Below, piece by piece: positions 1-11,607 of a DNA stretch of 64,000 nucleotides (position 1 is its first letter; each line of letters starts with the position of its first letter). The position numbers were made by a program, and so were the translations under genes. Source of the DNA: Patescibacteria group bacterium (GTDB lineage: Bacteria > Patescibacteriota > Minisyncoccia > Phycocordibacterales > UBA9973); NCBI GenBank assembly GCA_040390725.1, contig JAZJXT010000001.1:85070-149069 (forward strand), given 5' to 3'. The notes below the pieces were generated by a model, which searched no databases, was not told the DNA's origin, and was given only the letters and a program-made list of their open reading frames with translations.

Positions 1-1
1 T

Positions 2-2409
<2,408 letters not shown>

Positions 2410-2461
2410 CTTTTGCTTTATTTTGTGGTATTATTTCTATAGAAACTTTTAGCCAAAATAT

Positions 2462-3379
2462 ATGTATTACTTTTTGTTCTTTAAAATTGTCCAGATGGTC
2501 GAGAGCGTTTATAATGCTTTCCCATTATTTCATCCTTCATTGGGTGAAGAAATTATACTTGTAGCAACAATGTGTTTTATAACAATTATTTCTACAAGTA
2601 TTTACCTGCACAGGTGCAAAACTCACAAGGCCGTTATTTTAGACTGGAAAGCAGAATTTTATTTTCTACTCATTATCTGGCTGAATAATGGAATAAAAGC
2701 TATTGAGTGGGTGGTATTTCATGTTTACCATCATGCGAATTCAGACAAAAAAGGTGACCCTCATAGTCCAAAAATTCCAATTAAAATTTTTGGCTGGGAA
2801 GTGAAAGGACCGCTAGTTCCGTTGTTAGAGTATTTTTATTTGTACGGAAATGTACCACCTGAAATAAAAAAAAGAGTGGATGCTATGGTAAAAAAGGAAA
2901 ATTGGATATTTAGAAACTTATTTCATAGACTAAGTATCATAGGTCCGATTGTCTTACTTACCGTTTATTTATTTTTATTCGGCCTTGATGGAATTTGGAT
3001 GTTCGCTATTCAGTTTTTTTACATGCCAATAGTTGCTGGAATGGGCATAAATGGTTTTGGGCATGGGAAAAATGTTGTAGATGAAAAAACAAGAGATTAT
3101 TCTGCTGATATTTTTGGATTTTTACAAAAACTTCCAAAATCAATTTATTGGACATTTTTTCCTGTTTGGGCTTTACTAAAAATTATACTTTCCACCATAA
3201 CTGGCGGTGAGTATTTGCATCATTTTCACCATTTGCACCAAGCATCTGCTAAGATAGCAGGGGGGAAATGGGAATTTGATATAAGCTGGTTGGTGATTTA
3301 TGTTCTTTGGGTTTTTGACTTGGCGAAAGAAGTTTATTATTTTAAAGACGGTAAGCGTGTTCATCTCGGGGGAGGTTAA
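2462..3379 (+). CDS. Membrane fatty acid (delta-9 acyl-CoA-type) desaturase; true start may be ATG 2495
   Basis: Three His boxes HRCKTH, HVYHH (followed by SDxxGDPHSP), HHFHH; INGFGH; hydrophobic segments. Confidence 0.85.
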   Translation: MYYFLFFKIVQMVESVYNAFPLFHPSLGEEIILVATMCFITIISTSIYLHRCKTHKAVILDWKAEFYFLLIIWLNNGIKAIEWVVFHVYHHANSDKKGDPHSPKIPIKIFGWEVKGPLVPLLEYFYLYGNVPPEIKKRVDAMVKKENWIFRNLFHRLSIIGPIVLLTVYLFLFGLDGIWMFAIQFFYMPIVAGMGINGFGHGKNVVDEKTRDYSADIFGFLQKLPKSIYWTFFPVWALLKIILSTITGGEYLHHFHHLHQASAKIAGGKWEFDISWLVIYVLWVFDLAKEVYYFKDGKRVHLGGG

Positions 3380-3396
3380 TGTCATTATCATATTTA

Positions 3397-3426
3397 AGAG
3401 CGTTGAAATATACGCTCTTTCTTTTT
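3397..3426 (+). terminator. Intrinsic terminator after desaturase
   Basis: AAGAGCGT..ACGCTCTT stem followed by T-rich tract. Confidence 0.65.
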
Positions 3427-3477
3427 ATCTATTTGCTTTTTTTCTGATTATGTGATATCATTGGGTATTCATTTATT

Positions 3478-4563
3478 ATGAAAAAACATTTTAAAAAAAT
3501 CATTCATACGCCCAAAATCGCGATAAGTATCGCTATTTTTATTGCCCTTATTTTAGGAGTTGTTAGTTTCGTTGCAAATAATAATATACAGAAGGCAAGG
3601 TTTGCAAAACTCGGGGAATTTTCAGATTTTACTGGAGCTAATAATATTAACGTACTATCTAAAGATCTAACCTTGGCTTTTCCTGTGGGTGGAAGAATTA
3701 AAGATGTATTTATAAAAGTCGGAGATAAAGTAAAAGCCGGAACAGTTTTGGCAAGTCTTGATTCCGAAAATGCCATTGGCTCGGTGAACCAGGCGAAAGC
3801 ATCTTATGATTCCGCACAGATATCTTATACGAAATTAGTAAATGGTGTTTCTACTCCAGAGGTAGATGTCGCCAAGGTCGCTTTGAATAATGCAAAAAAT
3901 AATTACAATAATACAGTTGCTCAGCAAAAAGTTTTAGTCGCTAATGCTTTTTCCGCAATGCTAAATTCAGGACTTGTGGCTTTGCCTACAATTAATACTG
4001 TGAGCTCTACAGATGTTGCACCACTTATTTCCGGTACGTATACCGGAGCTGAGGGGGCATATACAATTACAATATACACAACAGGAAATGGCGGATATTT
4101 TTCTTTTTCTGGACTTGAAGAGGGTACTGGCCAGGTCAGTGCTGTGCCCGTAAAGTTAGGAACTCGCGGTCTTTATATACAATTTCCTGATAACTTTATG
4201 CAAAACACAAATACTACTTGGGTAATTTCTATTCCAAATACAAAGTCTGTAGGTTATTTAGTACTTTATAATGCTTATCAGTCAGCTTTACAAAATCAGT
4301 CTCAAGCAGTTACTACTGCCCAGGGAATAGTGGATACCACGCAAGCGTTATTGGATCAAAAGTTATCCAGTGCTCGCTCTGAAGACTTGGAGATAGCTAG
4401 GGCTCAGGTTGAAAATACGAAAGGCGCTTTGCAGGTAGCACAAGGAGTGTACGATAATACTATTATTACAGCTCCTATTGATGGTGTTATTGCAAATGTT
4501 TCAATAACTGCCGGACAAATAGCTACAGCAAATACTTCCGCTATCGAATTATTAGCGCAATAA
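3478..4563 (+). CDS. HlyD/EmrA-family membrane fusion protein
   Basis: N-terminal TM, lipoyl half motifs GRIKDVFIKVGDKVKAG and ITAPIDGVI, long helical hairpin. Confidence 0.8.
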   Translation: MKKHFKKIIHTPKIAISIAIFIALILGVVSFVANNNIQKARFAKLGEFSDFTGANNINVLSKDLTLAFPVGGRIKDVFIKVGDKVKAGTVLASLDSENAIGSVNQAKASYDSAQISYTKLVNGVSTPEVDVAKVALNNAKNNYNNTVAQQKVLVANAFSAMLNSGLVALPTINTVSSTDVAPLISGTYTGAEGAYTITIYTTGNGGYFSFSGLEEGTGQVSAVPVKLGTRGLYIQFPDNFMQNTNTTWVISIPNTKSVGYLVLYNAYQSALQNQSQAVTTAQGIVDTTQALLDQKLSSARSEDLEIARAQVENTKGALQVAQGVYDNTIITAPIDGVIANVSITAGQIATANTSAIELLAQ

Positions 4564-4577
4564 TTTTTAAAAAATAT

Positions 4578-5222
4578 ATGATTGAAGAAAAAAATACAAA
4601 AAAAGAAAATATATTTCAAAAACCTATAGTTCAAAGCTTGCTCGGTGTTGTTTGTGTATTTTTAATTTTAACAGGATTTCTTTTTTGGCAAGCAAATCAT
4701 GGCACAATATTTATTGAAAATTCTGAAATCAATGCTCCGATTGTAAATTTATCTGCTAGTACGCCGGGCACATTAAATACTCTTTACGTAAAAGAGGGGG
4801 ATGCTGTTTCTGCTAATACTCCTGTAGCCTTGGTAGGTACTTATACAATTTCTTCTAAGCAGAGTGGTGTAATAGTAAATGTTAAAAATAGTGTAGGTGA
4901 ATTTTTCGCTCCAGGAGAAACTGTTGTTTCGATGATACATCCCGAAGATTTACGTGTAGTAGGTTCTATTGAAGAAAACAAAGGACTGGAAAAAATTAAA
5001 ATAGGGCAAAAGGCTTCTTTCACTGTCGATGCATTTGGTGGAAAAGTTTATGTAGGAGTTGTGGATGATGTCAGCCAAACCTCAAATGACACAGGAGTAG
5101 TATTTTCTATTTCTGACAAGCGCCCGATAAAAAAGTTTGACGTAAAAGTTCGTTTCAGCGCCAGTGATTATCCAGAATTAAAAAATGGAATGTCTGCGAA
5201 GATTACTGTTTATTTGAAATAA
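4578..5222 (+). CDS. Short HlyD/EmrA-family adaptor lacking the helical hairpin
   Basis: TM, GTLNTLYVKEGDAV lipoyl motif, beta-barrel ending LKNGMSAKITV. Confidence 0.8.
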   Translation: MIEEKNTKKENIFQKPIVQSLLGVVCVFLILTGFLFWQANHGTIFIENSEINAPIVNLSASTPGTLNTLYVKEGDAVSANTPVALVGTYTISSKQSGVIVNVKNSVGEFFAPGETVVSMIHPEDLRVVGSIEENKGLEKIKIGQKASFTVDAFGGKVYVGVVDDVSQTSNDTGVVFSISDKRPIKKFDVKVRFSASDYPELKNGMSAKITVYLK

Positions 5223-5227
5223 AATTT

Positions 5228-6733
5228 ATGGATACTCCACCAAAAAACAATCTGCGATGGTGGATTTTATTTACCGTTATTATAGGCACATTTTTAGGTA
5301 GGCTTGATCAGAGTATTGTAAATTTGGCTTTGCCGAAAATAATAAGTGATTTCGGTATTACTATTTCTGCCGCTGGCTGGATAGCTACTGCATATATTTT
5401 AGCCAATGCAGTATTCGTGCCTATTTGGGGAAAACTAGGAGACACGATAGGTAGAAAAAAAGTTTATATTATTGGATTTTCTATTTTTATTTTAGGCTCT
5501 GTGTTGGCGGGTTTGGCCTGGAATCTGACATCTATGATTATTTTCCGCGTGATTCAAGCCATTGCCGGCTCAGCGGATTATCCGACGGCGATGGCAATAA
5601 TAGCTGTCACCTTTAAAGAGGGTAAAGAACGTGCGCAGGCGCTCGGTATTTGGTCTTCGTCTTTTGCGGCAGCCATTGTTTTCGGTCCATTACTCGGTGG
5701 TCCGCTTATTGATAATTTTGGTTGGAGGTCTGTGTTTTTAATAAATTTGCCTATAGGAATTTTGGGTATTTATATGGCATTACGATTTATAAATGAATCA
5801 CGGTCAGAAATAAAAACGAAATTTTTTGATTGGTGGGGAGCATTTAGTTTGGGTGGTGCGCTTTCTGCTTTGGTGTTGGTATTGGACAAGGGTGCTGATT
5901 GGGGATGGTTTTCAGTAGGAAGTTTAATATGTTATTTCTTAGCCATTATTCTTTTTGGATTATTTCTTAAGATCGAGCAAGAAGTACCTGAGCCTATTAT
6001 TGATCTTAAATTTTTTAAAATTCCGGCTTTTGTAAATGCGCTTTTAAATAACTTTGTAGTTTTTATGGGAATGATGGGTGGAATTTTTTTGATACCTATT
6101 TTTGCGCAAACATTTTTAGGTTACAATGCGACGGAATCCGGTTATCTTTTTATACCGATGGCGGCCGCCATGATGTTAGGTTCACCGATAGGTGGAGCAT
6201 TGACTGGAAAAGTAAATTCAAAATATGTGATATTTGCCAGTACGTTAGTGGCATCTGTAGGGATTTTCTTTTTTAGTTTTCTTGATCCAAAATCAACAGC
6301 GCTTGATATTATAATCCCTCTATCTATCATGGCATTTGGATTGGGTTTTGGTATGGCTCAGCGTACGAGTATCATTGCATCCCTCGTTCCGCAAAGTGAA
6401 ATAGGGGTTGCTTCATCAGTTCTTGCATTAGTACGAAATTTATCAGGAGCATTCGGCATAGCGATATTTGCGACAATATTAAACAATAGAACTACTTCAA
6501 ATATTTTGAAGATAAACAGTTTTAGTAAACTATACAGTCATGCATCAACAGATGTTCAAAATTATATTTCGCTTATTATTCTGAAAGCTCAAGTAGATGC
6601 TTATGATTATGTATTCTTGGTTGCTGCGATAATGATTTTTGTAGGAGCTTTTCTTGCGCTTTTGTTAAAAGTAAAAAAGGGGAGTGACAATATCTCAACT
6701 AATAAAGAATTTTTAAATACTATTGAGGCTTAG
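5228..6733 (+). CDS. DHA2/EmrB-QacA family MFS efflux permease
   Basis: LDQSIVNLALP, GKLGDTIGRKK motif A, GWRSVFLINLPIG, about 14 TM. Confidence 0.93.
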   Translation: MDTPPKNNLRWWILFTVIIGTFLGRLDQSIVNLALPKIISDFGITISAAGWIATAYILANAVFVPIWGKLGDTIGRKKVYIIGFSIFILGSVLAGLAWNLTSMIIFRVIQAIAGSADYPTAMAIIAVTFKEGKERAQALGIWSSSFAAAIVFGPLLGGPLIDNFGWRSVFLINLPIGILGIYMALRFINESRSEIKTKFFDWWGAFSLGGALSALVLVLDKGADWGWFSVGSLICYFLAIILFGLFLKIEQEVPEPIIDLKFFKIPAFVNALLNNFVVFMGMMGGIFLIPIFAQTFLGYNATESGYLFIPMAAAMMLGSPIGGALTGKVNSKYVIFASTLVASVGIFFFSFLDPKSTALDIIIPLSIMAFGLGFGMAQRTSIIASLVPQSEIGVASSVLALVRNLSGAFGIAIFATILNNRTTSNILKINSFSKLYSHASTDVQNYISLIILKAQVDAYDYVFLVAAIMIFVGAFLALLLKVKKGSDNISTNKEFLNTIEA

Positions 6734-6772
6734 CTTTTCTTTTTTCTTAAAATAATGTAGATTAAAGTGTAC

Positions 6773-6857
6773 GGAGGCGTCGCATAGCGGTCTAGTGCGC
6801 AGACCTGGAAAGTCTGTGTGGGGAAACCCACCGAGAGTTCGAATCTCTCCGCCTCCG
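6773..6857 (+). tRNA. tRNA-Ser(GGA)
   Basis: Acceptor GGAGGCG/CGCCTCC, anticodon arm CAGAC-CTGGAAA-GTCTG, long variable arm, TTCGAAT T-loop; CCA not encoded. Confidence 0.96.
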
Positions 6858-6916
6858 CATTGACAAGTTATATATTCTGTGTTTACTATTTTAGTACTTT
6901 GATTACTAAGGATTAC

Positions 6917-8965
6917 TTATTCTGCTTCTTTAGCAAGTACAGAGTTTGCATAATCTTTAGACCATTTAGCGAAAATACCAGTAGGTCCTTTGAGTCCTTG
7001 TGGGGTGAGGATTTCACTGAAATGGTCTTGTTGTAATTTCATTAAAGCATTTTTAGTAGCTGCCTCGAAAGAGGTCGTCTCGTGGCCAATAGATCCGGCC
7101 CCTGTTGTTGCAACAATATATCCATGAGTATTCAAGAATTCCTGAAGTCTCTTTACTTCTTCTCCTTTACTTCCTACTTGCATTCTTAGTTTGAAAAAAA
7201 TAGGGGAAACCTTTTTTACGATGGAGGGCTGTAAAGTCGTTGTAACTGTTCTTGCTTCTGTTGGGGTGGTTGTCGCAGGCGGAGGGATAAGGCGGCCACC
7301 ATTTCCCCTAGGTGGAATGATTGGCTGTGATTCTTCACTACCACTACTGCATCCAGAAGTAGTAAATGTATTGTCTGTGCCCGTGGTTGCATTTCCAGAA
7401 GTATCTACAGAGTAAACTGCATAGTGATAAGTTGTACAAGGTAAAAGACCCGAAATAATAACTGTGTGGGAAGTGACTCCTGCTCCAGTATCAGATTCTG
7501 TCGTCATGCTTCCATAGCTGTCAGTTGTGCCATAAAGTATTTTTGAAGATGATGATGTATCTGTGGTCCATGTAATTGTAGCAGTCGTAGTGGATGGTGT
7601 TGCTGAAACATTTGAAATACTCGGTGCAGTTTTATCAAAAGTTACTGTTGATGCATCTGTTGTTGATGTGGTTGAAGTAGGATTGCTTGCAAGGTCTGTA
7701 GCATCAATAGTGAATGGCACTACTCCTTCTGTGTCGCCTGATATCATTGTGTATGTAGCGCTCCATGTATTTCCAGATGTATTTATAGGTGTAACAGAGT
7801 GTCCCGCGATAGTGACTGTCGGTGTATTGATTGTGTCGTCAGCTGTAAATGTTAAAGTTACATCATTTCCGACTTTTGCCATTGATGTAGAGTTTGTATT
7901 ATTTGAAGAAATAGAAATAGGTGAAAGCATAGGCGGGGTAATATCACTACCTACTACGTTTACAGTAGGAGATGTACCGATATCGGTAAGCCCTCCGGAA
8001 TCAACTGTCTTTGATTTTACTGTAAAGGTGCTTGTCTCTGGAGAAGAAGGCGCTACGGCTCCACTTGCGCCACCTCCGTCGCCGTAAGTTATAGTGATAG
8101 TTTGACCAGCAGTCAAAGAAAGAGCATCAATAATAATATTTTGCCCGGAAAATGTCGGCACAATGGTACCACCTGTTGAGCCCAGCATAATGTGATCCAC
8201 GTAAACTGTATTGTTGCCGATATTTGAAAGGTTGGAAATTTTGAAGCCGAAACTTCTAACGGCGGTGCGGGAAGATGGAATCGAAGCAAAATTAAAAGTT
8301 ACGTAAGTCCAAGTGTCGGCAGAAATTGCCGAACCCAAATTCAAATCTTCAAAAGCGGAGGATAAATCTGTATTGCCGCTGACGTCAAAAGTTAAATCGC
8401 CATTATTGATGGGGCCTGTTGTTCTGATCCAAAATCCAATTGAAGAAAAAGAAGACCAATCTTGAGGAGAAATAGTTTTATACCACAAGCCGTGATTGTC
8501 GTCACTGCTGTTTACGCACTTAATAGAACCTGTGCTCGAATGAAAAACAGAATTATCAACAGTCAGTCCGCCCGTGCAAGCCGTAGGGTGAGAAGTAGTA
8601 TTAGTCCAGTCGGTGGTACTTTCTGCCTCATCTAAAACTCTGCCTACTGTACCATTGGAAGAAATAGTCGTATAACCCGCAATACCGGGTGTGCCTTGAG
8701 GGGCGCTCCATGTTGCTGGCACTGTAAGGGTGATGCCTCCGCTGTTCATTGTTTCAGAGGCAGTAAAAGTAAACGTTAAAGTATTACCTGTTGAGTTTAC
8801 TGTGGTGACTCCTGGTGATGTAGATACAGCTGTCGCGCCTGAACCATCACTAGCATAAGTATTATTAATTTTATAAAAAGTAAACGCTAATAAAAAGACA
8901 CAAAAAAGCAAAAGACAAAATTCCTCTATTTTTAAAATTTTTTTCATAATGAGCTTATTATACAT
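6917..8965 (-). CDS. Secreted Ser/Thr-rich surface protein with carbohydrate-binding-like, Ig-like and FN3 domains and C-terminal peptidoglycan-binding domain
   Basis: Signal peptide; Ig/FN3 motifs (TITWTTD..YG..Y, LLPCTTYHYAV); GSKGEEVKRLQEFLN..T..ALMKLQ PG-binding signature. Confidence 0.75.
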   Translation of the reverse strand: MYNKLIMKKILKIEEFCLLLFCVFLLAFTFYKINNTYASDGSGATAVSTSPGVTTVNSTGNTLTFTFTASETMNSGGITLTVPATWSAPQGTPGIAGYTTISSNGTVGRVLDEAESTTDWTNTTSHPTACTGGLTVDNSVFHSSTGSIKCVNSSDDNHGLWYKTISPQDWSSFSSIGFWIRTTGPINNGDLTFDVSGNTDLSSAFEDLNLGSAISADTWTYVTFNFASIPSSRTAVRSFGFKISNLSNIGNNTVYVDHIMLGSTGGTIVPTFSGQNIIIDALSLTAGQTITITYGDGGGASGAVAPSSPETSTFTVKSKTVDSGGLTDIGTSPTVNVVGSDITPPMLSPISISSNNTNSTSMAKVGNDVTLTFTADDTINTPTVTIAGHSVTPINTSGNTWSATYTMISGDTEGVVPFTIDATDLASNPTSTTSTTDASTVTFDKTAPSISNVSATPSTTTATITWTTDTSSSSKILYGTTDSYGSMTTESDTGAGVTSHTVIISGLLPCTTYHYAVYSVDTSGNATTGTDNTFTTSGCSSGSEESQPIIPPRGNGGRLIPPPATTTPTEARTVTTTLQPSIVKKVSPIFFKLRMQVGSKGEEVKRLQEFLNTHGYIVATTGAGSIGHETTSFEAATKNALMKLQQDHFSEILTPQGLKGPTGIFAKWSKDYANSVLAKEAE

Positions 8966-9052
8966 TATATTTTTTTTAAAAAATAGGGGATGTTGATAAG
9001 TTATAGATATAAAAATGCTTTCTTTTTTCTTTTAATAATGTAAATTAAGAAT

Positions 9053-9820
9053 ATGAAGGTAATTTTACTTAATAAGAAAGAAGGGCAGACTCCGCTGGAA
9101 GCACTAGAGCAATTCCGGAGGAAGAGCAAACAATATGCTCGTGCATCTATGACTTATGCAGGACGGCTCGACCCTATGGCCTCTGGGCTTTTGATAATCT
9201 TGGCGGGGGAGGAATGCAAGAAAAAAGAAAAGTATTTAAATTTGAACAAAGAATATGAATTTGAAGTTCTTTTTGGCTTTGCGACGGATACTTATGATAT
9301 CTTGGGTAAGATTGAAAAAATCGCTAGGCAAGACCTAGCGATGCAAGATTTAAAAGAAAAGATAAAAGAAAATTTAAAATTTTTTACTGGAAAATTTATA
9401 CAGAAATATCCGATGTATTCTTCGAAGCCAGTAAATGGCAAGCCGTTATTTATTCATGCCAGGGCGGGTAGTGTTGTAAAAAGTCCGGAACATGAGGTTG
9501 AAGTTAAAAGTCTAAAATTTATAAAAATGAGAAAAATCGGTAGGGAAAAACTTTTAAAAGATATTGAAAAAAGAATTGTGAAAGTTAAAGGAGATTTTCG
9601 GCAAAAGGAAATTTTGAAAATTTGGCGCAAGGAATTAGGGGGATTGAGCAGAAAAAAATTGTCTGAACAATTTTTTTCTGCGAGTTTCAAAATAAAGTGC
9701 GGCTCTGGCACATATGTGCGAGCTATTGCAAACGATCTTGGCGAAAAAATTAGTGTGCCATCGCTGGCCTTGACTATCAAGCGGACAAAGATTGGTAAAT
9801 ATAGTAGAATAAGCAAATGA
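9053..9820 (+). CDS. truB: tRNA pseudouridine(55) synthase
   Basis: YAGRLDPMASGLL, YSSKPVNGKPL, CGSGTYVRAIANDLG. Confidence 0.9.
   Translation: MKVILLNKKEGQTPLEALEQFRRKSKQYARASMTYAGRLDPMASGLLIILAGEECKKKEKYLNLNKEYEFEVLFGFATDTYDILGKIEKIARQDLAMQDLKEKIKENLKFFTGKFIQKYPMYSSKPVNGKPLFIHARAGSVVKSPEHEVEVKSLKFIKMRKIGREKLLKDIEKRIVKVKGDFRQKEILKIWRKELGGLSRKKLSEQFFSASFKIKCGSGTYVRAIANDLGEKISVPSLALTIKRTKIGKYSRISK
9320..9342. repeat. Palindrome ATCGCTAGG-CAAGA-CCTAGCGAT inside truB
   Basis: 9-bp arms; intergenic relative at 23995-24013. Confidence 0.75.
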
Positions 9821-10653
9821 TAGATAGTTCAAGAAATGTTGTTATAGAAAATATTTTAAATAAAAGAGATAAAGTGTCGGGGTCTGAAAATATTCGACCT
9901 CTTCTTTTTATTTTAGGCGGAGGAATGCGTGGAGTTTATGGGGCAGGTTCTGTCGTAGCTTTTAGAAAAATCGGTTTGGGTGATGTTTTTAGTCATGTTG
10001 TAGGTATTTCAACTGGTGCTCCGATAGGAGCATACTTTCTCGCTGGTGATGAGCAAGTACTCTTGGGGGCTTCGATATATTATGAAGAATGTGTCGGCAA
10101 AGAATTTATAAATTTTTTTCGTTTGGGGAAAATAGTAAATATTGATCACATAGTAAAACATATGCGTCACGGCAAAAAAGCATTGGATTGCGAGGCTATT
10201 AAAAAATCTAAAACAGAATTTTATGTTGAGGTTACCCTGAATACAGGTGAGTGCGCTTTGATAAACACAAAGACTGCGAGTCCAGATATGATTTCCTCGA
10301 TACATGCCTCGATGGCTTTGCCTATTTTATATGGTAAAAAAATTATTGTTAATAAGGATGAAGTCAATGACGGGTCATTTTGTAAATATCCTGTTTGGGA
10401 TGCAATAGAAAATTTAAATCCCACTGATGTTTTAATTTTGCCAAATAAAACACTGAAAGACGGTAAAAGTGTTTTGGAAATAAAAAAAGAAATTGCTAAA
10501 TTTTGTAAAAATGTGGAAATTCTTTGGCCTGCAAATATAGAGGTTGGTCAGCTAAATACAGATAAGAAAAAATTAAAATCAGCAGTTGAAAAATCAGCTG
10601 AGGCCACTCTTTGCGCATTTGGTTGTCCGAATGAAAAAATAACTCTTTTATGA
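9817..10653 (+). CDS. Patatin-like phospholipase
   Basis: GGGMRG oxyanion motif, GISTG nucleophile, ASMALP, DG motif. Confidence 0.9.
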   Translation: MIDSSRNVVIENILNKRDKVSGSENIRPLLFILGGGMRGVYGAGSVVAFRKIGLGDVFSHVVGISTGAPIGAYFLAGDEQVLLGASIYYEECVGKEFINFFRLGKIVNIDHIVKHMRHGKKALDCEAIKKSKTEFYVEVTLNTGECALINTKTASPDMISSIHASMALPILYGKKIIVNKDEVNDGSFCKYPVWDAIENLNPTDVLILPNKTLKDGKSVLEIKKEIAKFCKNVEILWPANIEVGQLNTDKKKLKSAVEKSAEATLCAFGCPNEKITLL

Positions 10654-10683
10654 TGTTTTTAGGTTTTTTGCTATAATATAAAA

Positions 10684-11607
10684 ATGCTATTTTCCGCGAT
10701 ATTTACGATAGTCGGGCTTTCTCTTTTTGAGGCAATTTCGTCTTTGGATAATGCTGTTATCAACGCTGAGGCACTAGCCACGATGAGTCCCAAAGCAAAA
10801 CGCTGGTTTTTATTATGGGGTTTTTTATTTGCTGTTATTGTTGTGCGTGGTTTTTTACCATTCGTTATTGTCTGGGCTTTTAATCCGACTTTGAATGTGA
10901 TGCAAGTTTTGTCTGCAGCTTGGTCAAACAATCCTATTGTTCATGAATCAATTATGAAATCTTCTCCTATATTGCTCGTAGCCGGGGGAGTTTTTCTTTT
11001 GTTTTTATTTTTACATTGGTTATTTTTAGAGGATAAACATTTTGGCTTACCACAACCCGAGAAATTTTTTATGAAAAAGGGTGTTTGGTTCTATGCTGTT
11101 ATTTCAGTTATATTGTCTCTTGTCGCGTGGTTTGCTTTGAAACATAGTAACATGATGGGCTTTGGCGCAGTGATGGGTTCGACTTTATTTTTTATCACGC
11201 ACGGCTTCAAGCAAAATGCGGAAGAAGCTGAAAAAACTTTGACCAGTTCCGTAGGTTCTGATTTTAGCAAACTTTTATTTTTGGAAATAATTGATGCTAC
11301 TTTTTCTATCGATGGAGTATTGGGCGCGTTTGCATTTACTTTATCTGTGCCTTTAATTTTACTTGGTAATGGATTGGGTGCATATCTTGTGCGTAAATTT
11401 ACAGTAAGTAATATAGAAGTTATAAAAAAATATATTTACCTTAAAAATGGCGCGATGTATTCTATCTTAGCTTTGGGTGTCATTATGATTTTACAAAGTT
11501 TCGGTCACGAAATTCCGGAATATGTTTCTCCACTTATCACTATTATTATTATCGGTTTTTTCTTTTGGAAATCTAAAGTGATGATTAAAAATAATGCAAA
11601 AGTTTAA
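10684..11607 (+). CDS. DUF475 / TerC-like integral membrane protein
   Basis: EAISSLDNAVINA and LEIIDATFSIDGVLGAFA motifs. Confidence 0.85.
   Translation: MLFSAIFTIVGLSLFEAISSLDNAVINAEALATMSPKAKRWFLLWGFLFAVIVVRGFLPFVIVWAFNPTLNVMQVLSAAWSNNPIVHESIMKSSPILLVAGGVFLLFLFLHWLFLEDKHFGLPQPEKFFMKKGVWFYAVISVILSLVAWFALKHSNMMGFGAVMGSTLFFITHGFKQNAEEAEKTLTSSVGSDFSKLLFLEIIDATFSIDGVLGAFAFTLSVPLILLGNGLGAYLVRKFTVSNIEVIKKYIYLKNGAMYSILALGVIMILQSFGHEIPEYVSPLITIIIIGFFFWKSKVMIKNNAKV

Noticed and set aside
6818-7036. 72-aa ORF
   Set aside because: Starts inside tRNA-Ser and overlaps the convergent gene.
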